Source of the DNA: Candidatus Doudnabacteria bacterium RIFCSPHIGHO2_01_48_18
Lineage (GTDB): Bacteria; Patescibacteriota; Doudnabacteria; UBA920; 2-01-FULL-46-14
Length of the DNA stretch: 64,000 bases
Reading direction: 5' to 3'
Assembly: GCA_001777515.1 (NCBI GenBank)
Contig: MFEF01000002.1
Coordinates: 5,354 to 69,353 of the forward strand
Part shown: in pieces, positions 9,547 through 18,368 of the stretch
Layout: the number at the start of each line of letters is the position of its first letter
How positions within the stretch are numbered: position 1 is the first letter of the stretch
Made by a program: the position numbers and the translations under genes
The notes under the pieces: model-generated
Database searches by the model: none
What the model saw: the letters and a program-made list of their open reading frames with translations, nothing else
What the model was told of the DNA's origin: nothing

Positions 9547-10374
9547 ATGATTAACCTCGAAAAACAATCAGGTCTCCCGATCCAAATGCGGGATGATTAT
9601 GGCTTAGTTTTTGAAAAAGGTCTGCCGCCGGTTACTCCGAACGTGCGCGAATTTTCTGCCATGCGCAACTATCTCAAGGATGCCTCGAGTACTTTTTGGA
9701 CAAAGCCGGTTTACTATATGTACCGCAACATTGCCAAGACTGAGGATAGGGAAGCCATCGACAAATCCGGCATCCAGTACGACATCACCGTGGTACTGCC
9801 GGGAAAAATGGGTGATGAGTTTTCAAAAACTATTGGCCACTACCATTCATTTGAGCCGGGCACGCAGGTTCGTTACCCCGAAGTTTATGAAGTTTTGTAC
9901 GGCAGAGCGATTTTTGTTATCCAAAGCGCCACGCCAGACCTTGAACAGCTGCAAGAAGCTTACGCCGTCAGAATGGAACGCGGAGAAAAAGTTTTGGTGC
10001 CGCCAGGCTTTGGACATGTGCTGGTCAACGCCACAGACGACGTGGTCATCACGGCCAACTGGCAGCCCAGTAAGAATGTCAGCGATTATTCGTCATATGA
10101 AAAGCACAACGGCGCCGCATATTATGTAGTGGAATCAGAGCGTCTCGGGCACGCTGGAAAAACCTCTACCGAGTTCAAATTTATTCCAAATTTGAACTAC
10201 AAACAGCTGCCAAAGCTTATTGAAGTTCGGCCGCGCGAGTTGCCGCAATATGAACTGCGCAGCGCTTTACCTTCGTATTTTTCAGGAGTTCGAGATTTAT
10301 CCAAACTAGATTTTCTCGTTCATCCTTCCAAATATCTTGACGAACTGATCCCTGACAAGCTCTTCGTAACATAA
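9547..10374 (+). CDS. Cupin-type (archaeal-like) glucose-6-phosphate isomerase family protein
   Basis: YDITV, KTIGHYH, PEVYEVLYG, VPPGFGH cupin motifs. Confidence 0.85.
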   Translation: MINLEKQSGLPIQMRDDYGLVFEKGLPPVTPNVREFSAMRNYLKDASSTFWTKPVYYMYRNIAKTEDREAIDKSGIQYDITVVLPGKMGDEFSKTIGHYHSFEPGTQVRYPEVYEVLYGRAIFVIQSATPDLEQLQEAYAVRMERGEKVLVPPGFGHVLVNATDDVVITANWQPSKNVSDYSSYEKHNGAAYYVVESERLGHAGKTSTEFKFIPNLNYKQLPKLIEVRPRELPQYELRSALPSYFSGVRDLSKLDFLVHPSKYLDELIPDKLFVT

Positions 10375-10381
10375 AAACGCA

Positions 10382-11656
10382 ATGGACATAATCAGGAGAA
10401 ACCAAAAATCTGCCATCAAACGGCCAAATTTTGAGCTGTTTGCCGGAAAATCAGTAGAACCGAGTATGCCACAGCAACCGCCATCCGACCGACCGCGTTT
10501 CAAATGGCGGATTCCAGTCGCGATTGTTACAATGATCGCCGTGATTGCCGCGGGTTTGTTTGTATTTTTGCCGCAGGCTCATATTACAGTGAAGGCGAGA
10601 ACTGAACCGCTGACCCGCGATTTTGAAATAAAGCTTGACCAAAGCGCGCAGGTAGCCAGCAGTGCTGATTTGGTGATACCCGGAAAAATTATCGAGCGCG
10701 AAGTTGCCGGTCAAAACAAATACACCGCGACCGGGACAAAGAACGTGGGGAAAACCGCGTCTGGGTTTGTCACTATTTATAATTTTTCCAAAACCACTCT
10801 GATCCTAAAAAAAGACACGACTGAACTCACAGCCAACGGACGAAAATATTATTTTACTCAAGACGTCGGTGGTATCCGTCCTACAGCGCGTATTGGTCAG
10901 CCAGGAGAAGATGAGATTGACGAAACCAGCCTCATTCCGCCAGTGCCCGTTGTTGGCGCTGGTCCTGGCGACGAATACAATCTGCCAGCAAACGCGCGAA
11001 TCGAGATAAAAAACGAAGCGTTCGGTGCACAGCCGCAAACTTTGTACGCAACAGTGAGTGAAGGTATCAGTGGAGGAACCACCAAGCAGGTGAAAATAGT
11101 TACGGCCGGGGATATTGAAAGCGGCTATCAGGCATTGTCGCGGGAGTTGCTTGATAGGGCCAGAGCTGATCTTGCCGCAGCCAATCCCGGCGCAAAGATT
11201 TTGGATAACGCGGTGACCGTGCAGGTTTTGGATCAAAAAGCAGATCCGGCTGCCGGCGCGGAGGCGCAACAGTTCAGCGTGAATGCGCGCGTGAAGATCA
11301 AAGCGCTGACATACGATGAAGATGAAATCAGAGAGATAATTTTTTTAAGAATCAAACGGCTATTGCCGCCGGAAAAAATATTATCAGATGACACCGCAAA
11401 TTTTGATGTGAAAATGAATGCGGTGAATCTTGATCAGGGGCAGGCCGCGCTTCAGGTTCATTTCGAGGGTGATATCGTTTACGAGCTCGACAAAGCTGGG
11501 CTTTTGGAAAAGGTCAGGGGTAAGAGCGCTGAAGAAATAAGGGAAATTTTTCTATCCAAGCCAGAAATCGAGTCACTAGAGGTGCAATTTTCGCCATTTT
11601 GGGTAAAAAACGCGCCTTCCTTGCGCGGCAAGATCAGAATTGACACCGCGGGGTAA
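10382..11656 (+). CDS. Membrane-anchored hypothetical protein (baseplate J-like CPR family)
   Basis: Single N-terminal TM; ASGFVTIYN, GPGDEYN, ISGG and FSPFWVK motifs recalled from a CPR family. Confidence 0.55.
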   Translation: MDIIRRNQKSAIKRPNFELFAGKSVEPSMPQQPPSDRPRFKWRIPVAIVTMIAVIAAGLFVFLPQAHITVKARTEPLTRDFEIKLDQSAQVASSADLVIPGKIIEREVAGQNKYTATGTKNVGKTASGFVTIYNFSKTTLILKKDTTELTANGRKYYFTQDVGGIRPTARIGQPGEDEIDETSLIPPVPVVGAGPGDEYNLPANARIEIKNEAFGAQPQTLYATVSEGISGGTTKQVKIVTAGDIESGYQALSRELLDRARADLAAANPGAKILDNAVTVQVLDQKADPAAGAEAQQFSVNARVKIKALTYDEDEIREIIFLRIKRLLPPEKILSDDTANFDVKMNAVNLDQGQAALQVHFEGDIVYELDKAGLLEKVRGKSAEEIREIFLSKPEIESLEVQFSPFWVKNAPSLRGKIRIDTAG

Positions 11657-11669
11657 ACTCTGGTATTAT
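11640..11669 (+). promoter_or_regulatory. Sigma70 promoter of infA/ribosomal block
   Basis: TTGACA-18nt-TATTAT with TG extension. Confidence 0.6.
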
Positions 11670-11699
11670 TTCTGTTACCAGCACTAAATAGGTTAAAAA

Positions 11700-11975
11700 T
11701 TGCTAAATAAAGCGGTTTCTCAAGACTCTGGGGAGAACGGATCCAGGACGAATAAGGACATTATAGAACTTGAGGGCAAAGTTGTGGAAGCTTTACCCAA
11801 TGCTGTTTTTCGCGTACAGATTGACACTGGTAAGCCTGATTCCAAACAGGAAATCCTGGCTCACATCTCTGGAAAACTCCGGATTAACAGAATCAGGGTC
11901 CTGCCAGGAGACCGTGTGAGAGTAGAACTGACGCCCTATGATCTGACAAGGGGCCGCATAACGCGAAGACTTTAA
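11700..11975 (+). CDS. infA: Translation initiation factor IF-1 (start uncertain)
   Basis: [37 protein letters not shown]. Confidence 0.96.
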   Translation: MLNKAVSQDSGENGSRTNKDIIELEGKVVEALPNAVFRVQIDTGKPDSKQEILAHISGKLRINRIRVLPGDRVRVELTPYDLTRGRITRRL

Positions 11976-12001
11976 GAAATACTGTTAATAAATATTAGAA
12001 A

Positions 12002-12115
12002 ATGAAGGTCCGTGCATCGGCAAAGAAAATCTGCAAGAAGTGCAAGATCATCAGGCGCAAAGGCCGAATTTTTGTAATTTGCGAGAACCCAAAACATAAG
12101 CAGAGACAAGGATAA
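12002..12115 (+). CDS. rpmJ: 50S ribosomal protein L36 (missed by the ORF track)
   Basis: Translates [37 protein letters not shown]. Confidence 0.98.
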   Translation: MKVRASAKKICKKCKIIRRKGRIFVICENPKHKQRQG

Positions 12116-12118
12116 TCT

Positions 12119-12514
12119 ATGGCCCTCGTTAGAATCGCGGGAGTAACGCTCCCGGCGCAAAAAAGAATAGAAGCAGCCCTGCCCATTTTATACGGGGTTG
12201 GTTTTTCGCGCGCCAAAAAGATTCTGGAAGCAGTCAAAATCAGTCCTGACAAGCGAACTTCAGAGCTGACCGAAAACGAAGTCTCCAAGCTCAAAGAATT
12301 TATCGAAAGCAATTTCAAAGTAGAAGGAGCGCTCAGGCAGGAAGTTTCGCAGAATATTAAGAGGCTTAAAGAGATTGGCGCTTACCGCGGTATCAGACAT
12401 ATCCGTGGCTTGCCAGTCCGGGGTCAGCGTACCAAAACCAATTCCCGAACAGTAAGAGGCAATGTGCGTAAAACCGCAGGCAGCGGACGTAAATCCTCAT
12501 CGGAGAAGACATAA
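12119..12514 (+). CDS. rpsM: 30S ribosomal protein S13
   Basis: RIAGV, YRGIRH, LPVRGQRTKTNSRT. Confidence 0.98.
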   Translation: MALVRIAGVTLPAQKRIEAALPILYGVGFSRAKKILEAVKISPDKRTSELTENEVSKLKEFIESNFKVEGALRQEVSQNIKRLKEIGAYRGIRHIRGLPVRGQRTKTNSRTVRGNVRKTAGSGRKSSSEKT

Positions 12515-12516
12515 AT

Positions 12517-12945
12517 ATGGGTGAGCAGAAAGTTAAAACAATCGAAGGCGGTGCGGCAGAGAAAGCCGGAACAAGCAAAGGCAAAAAATCCAAGCGCAAG
12601 GTGCCGCGTGGCAATATTTACATTCAGTCTACCTACAACAACACCATCATTACTGTGACTGATGAAAAAGGTCAGGTCATTGGCTGGGGAACAGCGGGCC
12701 TCACTGGTTTTAAGGGCAGCAAAAAATCAACTCCTTACGCAGCGCAGCGCACCATGGAAGAAACTATGGAAAAACTAAAGAACGTGGGTCTCACTGAGGT
12801 TGAGGTCTTTGTGCGCGGAATTGGTTCAGGCAGAGAAGCCGCGGTTCGCGCCCTTCAGAATACGAACATCAATGTTTTAGCTATTAAAGACACTACCCCA
12901 ATCAGACACGGCGGTGTGAGACCGAAGAAAGTCAGGAGAGTCTAA
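12517..12945 (+). CDS. rpsK: 30S ribosomal protein S11
   Basis: STYNNTI, KKSTPYAAQ, GSGREAA. Confidence 0.98.
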   Translation: MGEQKVKTIEGGAAEKAGTSKGKKSKRKVPRGNIYIQSTYNNTIITVTDEKGQVIGWGTAGLTGFKGSKKSTPYAAQRTMEETMEKLKNVGLTEVEVFVRGIGSGREAAVRALQNTNINVLAIKDTTPIRHGGVRPKKVRRV

Positions 12946-12947
12946 AC

Positions 12948-13553
12948 ATGCGTACCACAGGGCCAAAAACCAGAAAAGCCAGACGAATCGGAGAGCCGCT
13001 TCGGGACAAAGATGCCAAATACCTGGTAAAGCGCAACTATGCGCCGGGTATGCATGGCCAGAACCGAGCCCGTCTTTCTGAATTTGCTATTCACCATAAG
13101 GAAAAGCAGAAAGCAAAGTGGATTTATGATGTAACCGAAAGGCAATTTTCCAATTACGTCAAAGCCGCGATGCGAAAAAAAGCCATGACCGGCGACATGC
13201 TTCTGCAGTTTTTGGAATCGCGTCTCGACAATATTGTTTATCGCTTGGGATTTGCTGCTTCCAGAGCGCAGGGACGACAGATTGTCGGACACGGTTTTAT
13301 CACAGTGGACGGTAAAAAGGTCAACATTCCGTCGTTCCAGGTTTCGACTGGCGCGGTAATCGAAATAAACCCGAACAAGCGCACTTCAAAATATGTGGAG
13401 AAACTTCAGAGCTTGCTCAAAGAGCACAAGACTCAGGAATGGCTGGAACTTGATGCGAAAAACCTCAAAGGCCGCGTTTTGTCAAAACCGACCCCGACAT
13501 TGATTGGTTCAACCATTCAAATGGATCTGATCGTAGAACATTATAATCGATAA
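12948..13553 (+). CDS. rpsD: 30S ribosomal protein S4
   Basis: PGMHG, EKQKAK, LESRLDNIVYRLGFA. Confidence 0.98.
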   Translation: MRTTGPKTRKARRIGEPLRDKDAKYLVKRNYAPGMHGQNRARLSEFAIHHKEKQKAKWIYDVTERQFSNYVKAAMRKKAMTGDMLLQFLESRLDNIVYRLGFAASRAQGRQIVGHGFITVDGKKVNIPSFQVSTGAVIEINPNKRTSKYVEKLQSLLKEHKTQEWLELDAKNLKGRVLSKPTPTLIGSTIQMDLIVEHYNR

Positions 13554-13586
13554 CACCCTTAACCATAATCTAAACACCTAACCTAT

Positions 13587-14528
13587 ATGCTAAAAGGCAA
13601 CATTCCATTACCAAATAAAGTTTACTGGGCCAAAGACGAAGGCGCGAAATCTGTCGTGGTCATTGAACCGCTTTATCCTGGCTATGGCGTAACCGCAGGC
13701 AATGCTCTCAGACGCGTTTTGCTCTCGAGTTTACCCGGTGCTGCCGTGACATTTGTCAAAATCAAAGGTGTTGACCATGAATTCTCCACGATCAATAATG
13801 TCACCGAAGATGTAGTGGACATCATTTTGAATCTCAAGCAGCTCAGATTGCGCATTAACGCGGATGAACCGGTAAGACTCGAGCTCAAGGCCAAGGGTCA
13901 GAAAGAAATCAAAGCCGGCCATATCAAAGCGGATAGCCGGGTCGAGATCATCAACCCTGATCTCGTCATCGCCACACTTGATAACAAGAATGCTGATATG
14001 GAAATGGAACTCATTGTAGAAAAAGGTCTTGGCTATGTTCCCGTCGAAATGCGTGAAGCTGAAAAAAGGGAGATCGGCATGATTGCTGTTGATGCGATTT
14101 TTACCCCGGTCCGCAACGTAAATTTTGAAGTCCAAAATGTCCGTGTCGGACAGATCACTAACTATGACAAGCTGACCATTACCATGGAAACCGACGGCAC
14201 GATCACGGGCCGCGAGGCCATGGATATTGCCGCGCAAATCCTTGTCGATCATTTTGCGCTGCTTAAGACCTCAGAAGCTCCGGAGATCAAGGCAGCCACC
14301 GAAGCCCCAGTAGAGCAAACCGAAAGTGTTCCGGCTGATGAAGCGCCAGTAGCAGAAGCTGCAGGTCTTGAAAGCCTCGGCCTTTCCAACCGCGCTCAGA
14401 ATGCTTTGCTGCGCAACAACATCCACAATGTTGAGCAGTTGCAAGGCATGGATAGAGAGGGATTATCGCGCCTTGAAGGTTTGGGTGAGAAATCTATAGA
14501 TGAAATTCTTAAAGCTATTGGAAAATAA
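13587..14528 (+). CDS. rpoA: RNA polymerase alpha subunit
   Basis: EPLYPGYGVTAGNALRRVLLSS, DAIFTPV, alpha-CTD. Confidence 0.98.
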   Translation: MLKGNIPLPNKVYWAKDEGAKSVVVIEPLYPGYGVTAGNALRRVLLSSLPGAAVTFVKIKGVDHEFSTINNVTEDVVDIILNLKQLRLRINADEPVRLELKAKGQKEIKAGHIKADSRVEIINPDLVIATLDNKNADMEMELIVEKGLGYVPVEMREAEKREIGMIAVDAIFTPVRNVNFEVQNVRVGQITNYDKLTITMETDGTITGREAMDIAAQILVDHFALLKTSEAPEIKAATEAPVEQTESVPADEAPVAEAAGLESLGLSNRAQNALLRNNIHNVEQLQGMDREGLSRLEGLGEKSIDEILKAIGK

Positions 14529-14872
14529 TGCGCCATCGTAAGAAGCGACATCTCAGAGGCGATAAGGACCGCCGCCGCAAAGAACTACGAGCGCTCGCAA
14601 CCTCGGTTATTTTGCATGATCGAATAGAGACTACCAAATCTCGCGCCAAGATTACCAAAACAGCCGTGGAAAAAATGGTTACGAAAGGAAAGAAAGGCGG
14701 ATTGACTGCCATTCGACTCTTGAGAAAGGATTTGCCAGAGAACGCGGTAAAGAAAGTTATAGAAGTTTTCGCGCCGCGCTTTCAGAGCCGTCCAGGCGGC
14801 TACACTCGCATTCTTCACGCCGGGAAATACAAGGACGGCACTGATAAAGTTCTATTGGAGTTTGTTAAATAA
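14528..14872 (+). CDS. rplQ: 50S ribosomal protein L17
   Basis: MRHRK, IETT, RPGGYTRI. Confidence 0.97.
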   Translation: MRHRKKRHLRGDKDRRRKELRALATSVILHDRIETTKSRAKITKTAVEKMVTKGKKGGLTAIRLLRKDLPENAVKKVIEVFAPRFQSRPGGYTRILHAGKYKDGTDKVLLEFVK

Positions 14873-14873
14873 T

Positions 14874-15293
14874 ATGACAACCACACTACCAAAAGTTCAG
14901 GAATTGAAGCGCGAATGGTACGAGGTTGATGCTTCAAAGCATAGCCTGGGCAGGCTCGCTACGGCTGTGGCGCGCGTCCTGGCAGGCAAACACAAAGCTA
15001 ACTACACACCCCATCTTGGGACGGGTGATTTCGTGGTTATCACTAACATTGAAAAGGTGAAGCTGACTGGAAGAAAACCTCTGCAGAAAGAATATTTTCA
15101 CTATTCGGGCTATCCCGGTGGATTGAAGCGCCGCCTTTTAAAGGATGTGATGGCAAATAGCCCGGAAAAGGTTGTTTATCGCGCTGTTCGCGGCATGCTG
15201 CCGACCAATCGGTTGCGCGCCGGCAGGCTCAAGCGCATGAAGCTCGTGAAAGGTGCTTCGCACAGTTTTAAAATTGACAAGAAATTAGCTTAA
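14874..15293 (+). CDS. rplM: 50S ribosomal protein L13
   Basis: WYEVDA, LGRLA, YSGYPGG, AVRGMLP. Confidence 0.97.
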   Translation: MTTTLPKVQELKREWYEVDASKHSLGRLATAVARVLAGKHKANYTPHLGTGDFVVITNIEKVKLTGRKPLQKEYFHYSGYPGGLKRRLLKDVMANSPEKVVYRAVRGMLPTNRLRAGRLKRMKLVKGASHSFKIDKKLA

Positions 15294-15298
15294 GAACT

Positions 15299-15748
15299 AT
15301 GGAGAAAAAAACCACAACCGCTGCTGCAAAGAAAGTGGCCGTACCAAAAAAACATAAGGATAAATATTTCTTCGCTGTTGGACGCAGAAAAACCGCACAA
15401 GCCAGAGTGAAGGTCTGGGCCTCTGGGACAGGAGAGATCACTGTGAATGAAAGACCGTTTGAAGCCTATTTCCCGACTTTTGGTTTGCAAAAGATGGCAC
15501 AGGACCCGCTGCTTGTCTTGGGTCTTGAGAAGAAAATCAACGCGGTGATTACGACAGCGGGCGGCGGCGTTGGCGCACAGGCCAAAGCATCATCTTTGGG
15601 AATAGCCAGAGCCTTGCTTTTGATTGATCCTAACTACCGCGGCGTTCTCAAGAAGAGCGGATTTCTTTCTCGCGACGCGCGTAAAAAAGAAAGAAAAAAA
15701 CCAGGATTGAAGAGAGCGCGCAGACGTCCACAGTGGCAAAAAAGATAA
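15299..15748 (+). CDS. rpsI: 30S ribosomal protein S9
   Basis: GRRKTAQARV, ERKKPGLKRARRRPQWQKR. Confidence 0.98.
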   Translation: MEKKTTTAAAKKVAVPKKHKDKYFFAVGRRKTAQARVKVWASGTGEITVNERPFEAYFPTFGLQKMAQDPLLVLGLEKKINAVITTAGGGVGAQAKASSLGIARALLLIDPNYRGVLKKSGFLSRDARKKERKKPGLKRARRRPQWQKR

Positions 15749-15758
15749 TCAGATTTTT

Positions 15759-15789
15759 AAAACACCTCAACCGCCGGTTGAGGTGTTTT
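15759..15789 (+). terminator. Terminator after rpsI
   Basis: AAAACACCTCAACC-GCC-GGTTGAGGTGTTTT perfect stem. Confidence 0.85.
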
Positions 15790-15805
15790 GTGCTATAATA
15801 CAGTC

Positions 15806-16093
15806 ATGCCCGAAGAAATTGAGAAAATTAAAGACCAAATAGTCCCGATTCTTAAAGAAGCCGGAGTTTTAAAGTCGTCCCTATTTGGCTCTGTGGTGAG
15901 AGGTGAGGCTAGACCAGATAGTGATGTGGATATTTTAATCGAATTTCCTAGAGATAAAGATATGTTTGACCTCATAGATTTGGAAGAAAAGCTAAAATCA
16001 AAATTGCGTAAAAAGGTGGATTTGATTACTTACCGCTCGATACACCACCTACTGCGCGACAATATCCTCAAAGAACAAGTTCGTATCCTATGA
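15806..16093 (+). CDS. Minimal nucleotidyltransferase (MNT antitoxin family)
   Basis: LFGSVVRGEARPDSDVDILI, KVDLIT. Confidence 0.92.
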   Translation: MPEEIEKIKDQIVPILKEAGVLKSSLFGSVVRGEARPDSDVDILIEFPRDKDMFDLIDLEEKLKSKLRKKVDLITYRSIHHLLRDNILKEQVRIL

Positions 16094-16299
16094 GCAAAGA
16101 CCCGCAAATACTGCTCCAACATATCTTTGAATCAGTTGAAATTTTGCAATCTTATTTGACTGGTGTTGACGAGGAGCAGTTTTTGCATAATTTTAAAGAC
16201 CAGGACGCGGTAGAACGTGGAAGTTTCAATCCGTCCGTTAAATTTTTGCAAAGAGTGGCGACCGCCCTCGATGCAGAATTGCACATTTCGATTTCTTAA
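16090..16299 (+). pseudogene. Truncated HEPN/DUF86 toxin fused to the C-terminus of an XRE-type HTH protein
   Basis: N-term ..ILLQHIFESVE..QDAVER is DUF86-like but lacks the RxxxxH motif; C-term ERGSFNPSVKFLQRVATALD is an HTH_3 tail. Confidence 0.75.
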
Positions 16300-16304
16300 A
16301 CCTT

Positions 16305-16413
16305 TTTATCCAGCACCTTCCAGAATACCCCGCAGCTTGCTGCGGGGATGAATGGCTCAATATAGCCTTCCTGCGGGGTGCAATACCCCGACAGGAAGGT
16401 GCTGGATTTATTT
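16305..16413. mobile_element. 109-bp MITE-like palindromic element, copy 1
   Basis: 14-bp IR ATCCAGCACCTTCC/GGAAGGTGCTGGAT near the ends, two internal hairpins; exact reverse complement of 26925-27033. Confidence 0.8.
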
Positions 16414-16444
16414 CAGCGTAACCCCGCTTGATTTAAAGCAAATA

Positions 16445-16481
16445 AAAAACGGGGGTGTCTAGAGACCTAGACTCCCCGTTT
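16445..16481 (-). terminator. Hairpin with U-tract on the minus strand
   Basis: AAAAAACGGGGGTGTCTAG-AGAC-CTAGACTCCCCGTTT. Confidence 0.6.
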
Positions 16482-16560
16482 CTGTATTATCAGTCTATTC
16501 TATAATTTTGGTTTCGTCGGCGTGTATAGGAATAAAAAAGAAGCTATAAAAAGCTTCTTT

Positions 16561-16614
16561 TTGGTTTTTTGTACAAAAAACCAATTTGACTTGGCCGACT
16601 CAATTTAGTAGAAT
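16561..16614 (+). promoter_or_regulatory. 24-bp perfect palindrome next to a sigma70 promoter
   Basis: TTGGTTTTTTGTACAAAAAACCAA (16561-16584), then TTGACT-17nt-TAGAAT. Confidence 0.7.
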
Positions 16615-16629
16615 TATTGTTCTAACAAA

Positions 16630-17769
16630 ATGAAAGGAGGGCTGATGGACACGGATATTATCCGTTTGTATGTCATCAACACCGGCGGAACGCTAGGTAT
16701 GGTTCCGCAAGATCCGAATGATCCTGAAAGCCCGCTTCGCCCCGCAAAAACGGGCAAGGAGCTGTTCAGGTACATCAGAAGACCGCAGGGAGTGAATCTC
16801 AAAATCACTCTCGAAGAGTTTGGTCTTCGTGACTCGAACGACTATCAGCACCGTGATGTCGTTGAGTTATGCAAAATGATTGCGCAGGCATTCAAGGATG
16901 GTTCGCACGCCGTTATGGTTATCTACGGCAGCGATGCTCTTGAGGAGGCCTGCGCGGACGTGGAAATGACTTTTCAGAACAGTCTGCCGGGACCGGTATT
17001 CTTCGAGGCTTCAAAAGACCCGATAGTGAAACCGGGAACGGATGCGATCACAAATCTCGAGAGTGCGCTCGTTGCCATCGTCGATTTTGTGACTAGAGGT
17101 TTCGTCGGCGTGTACAATGCTTGCGATCACAAGGTCTGGGACGGGCGAAGGATTTGCAAAGTTAACTCTGGGTACAATATGTTTGATACACCGGGAATGC
17201 CGAAGATTGCTGACGTGGGTTCAGGCGTCGATCTAATGGGAAACCCGAGGCTCAAAGTTGATACAGCAACGCTGGAGACAATGACGATTGACTGCGTATA
17301 CGAGTCGGACGTCATGACGTTGAAGGTTTCAGCCAACACTCCGCCCTGGGCGCTCACGAATCTGGTTCAGGGCAAACCTAAACCGAAAGGGGTCATTCTG
17401 ATCGGGAAGGGACAGGGAAACATTTCCGGCAGAAAGTGGATCGACAAGGATGTCGGTTCGTGGATCGATGCGGTGCGGTTAGCGACAGATCAAGGCGTTC
17501 ATGTAGGAGTCATTTCGCCGTTTCAAGATGGCAAGCAAAACGCTCTCCTGTACGATCTAGGAAAAAAAGCGCGCAACGCCGGTGCGATCGACCTCAACCG
17601 AAACACTTATCCGATGGCTGAAATCAAATTTCGAAAAGCCATCGCCAAGTGTCAGACGTTGCCTTTCGCGGATCAGCGAAAATTCATTCAGGAGTACGTA
17701 TCGTCCGACCATGTCGGCGAGATTCCAGAAGGAGAGAAATACAAAGCGCCATATCCGGTAGCAATTTAA
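16630..17769 (+). CDS. Divergent L-asparaginase type I-like protein (likely start 16645)
   Basis: INTGGTLGM, DS, YGSDA (for HGTDT), RICKV, GVILIGKGQGN; SD AAAGGAGG before ATG 16645. Confidence 0.8.
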   Translation: MKGGLMDTDIIRLYVINTGGTLGMVPQDPNDPESPLRPAKTGKELFRYIRRPQGVNLKITLEEFGLRDSNDYQHRDVVELCKMIAQAFKDGSHAVMVIYGSDALEEACADVEMTFQNSLPGPVFFEASKDPIVKPGTDAITNLESALVAIVDFVTRGFVGVYNACDHKVWDGRRICKVNSGYNMFDTPGMPKIADVGSGVDLMGNPRLKVDTATLETMTIDCVYESDVMTLKVSANTPPWALTNLVQGKPKPKGVILIGKGQGNISGRKWIDKDVGSWIDAVRLATDQGVHVGVISPFQDGKQNALLYDLGKKARNAGAIDLNRNTYPMAEIKFRKAIAKCQTLPFADQRKFIQEYVSSDHVGEIPEGEKYKAPYPVAI

Positions 17770-17803
17770 TTAGGACCAACCACCCCAAGGTTGGTCCTAA
17801 TTT
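17768..17803 (+). terminator. Hairpin after asparaginase-like gene
   Basis: AATTAGGACCAAC...GTTGGTCCTAATT. Confidence 0.7.
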
Positions 17804-17819
17804 GTTGTATAATCAAACT

Positions 17820-18368
17820 ATGCCGGAAATAATTGTTGCTCTTATCAGATTGCTAGTCCCGCTTTATATCGTGAGGCGGCCGTTTTGGGGTATGATGGCC
17901 GCGGTCGTGGTTGATGGTTTCGAGATGGAGTTTTTGCGCGGTCTGGGAGCAATATTCAACCATAGTTCTGCCATAAACATTGAGGTATATCAGCTGCGGG
18001 ACAAGATTTTGGATTTGTACATGTCGTCAATCGCTCTTTACAAAACCTATGGCTGGCAGGAAATGCTGGCGCGCAGGGCAGCGGTTTTTTTGTTTGTGTG
18101 GCGCTTCATAGGCGTGATTTTGTTTGAACTCTCGCAAGCGCGCTGGCTACTCGTCTTGTTTCCTAATATTTTTGAGTTTTTCTTTTTGTTTGTTGCTTAT
18201 AAATTGCAGTATTATCCAGGGTTTCGATTTGGTACTACAAAGCGTCTGGCGCAGAGTATTTTGATTTTAGCGGTGCCAAAAATCACCCAGGAATATCTGC
18301 TGCATGTCCGAGGGGCAGTGGATTGGGCGTATTTTAAATACAACATAATCGGATGGCCAAAACTATGA
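17820..18368 (+). CDS. Hypothetical integral membrane protein
   Basis: Hydrophobic, YQLRDKILD and FPNIFEFFF; TATAAT 6 nt before ATG. Confidence 0.75.
   Translation: MPEIIVALIRLLVPLYIVRRPFWGMMAAVVVDGFEMEFLRGLGAIFNHSSAINIEVYQLRDKILDLYMSSIALYKTYGWQEMLARRAAVFLFVWRFIGVILFELSQARWLLVLFPNIFEFFFLFVAYKLQYYPGFRFGTTKRLAQSILILAVPKITQEYLLHVRGAVDWAYFKYNIIGWPKL

Noticed and set aside
16305-16413. CRISPR repeat or tRNA interpretation of the palindromic element
   Set aside because: No repeat-spacer periodicity, no cas genes, no cloverleaf or T-loop motif
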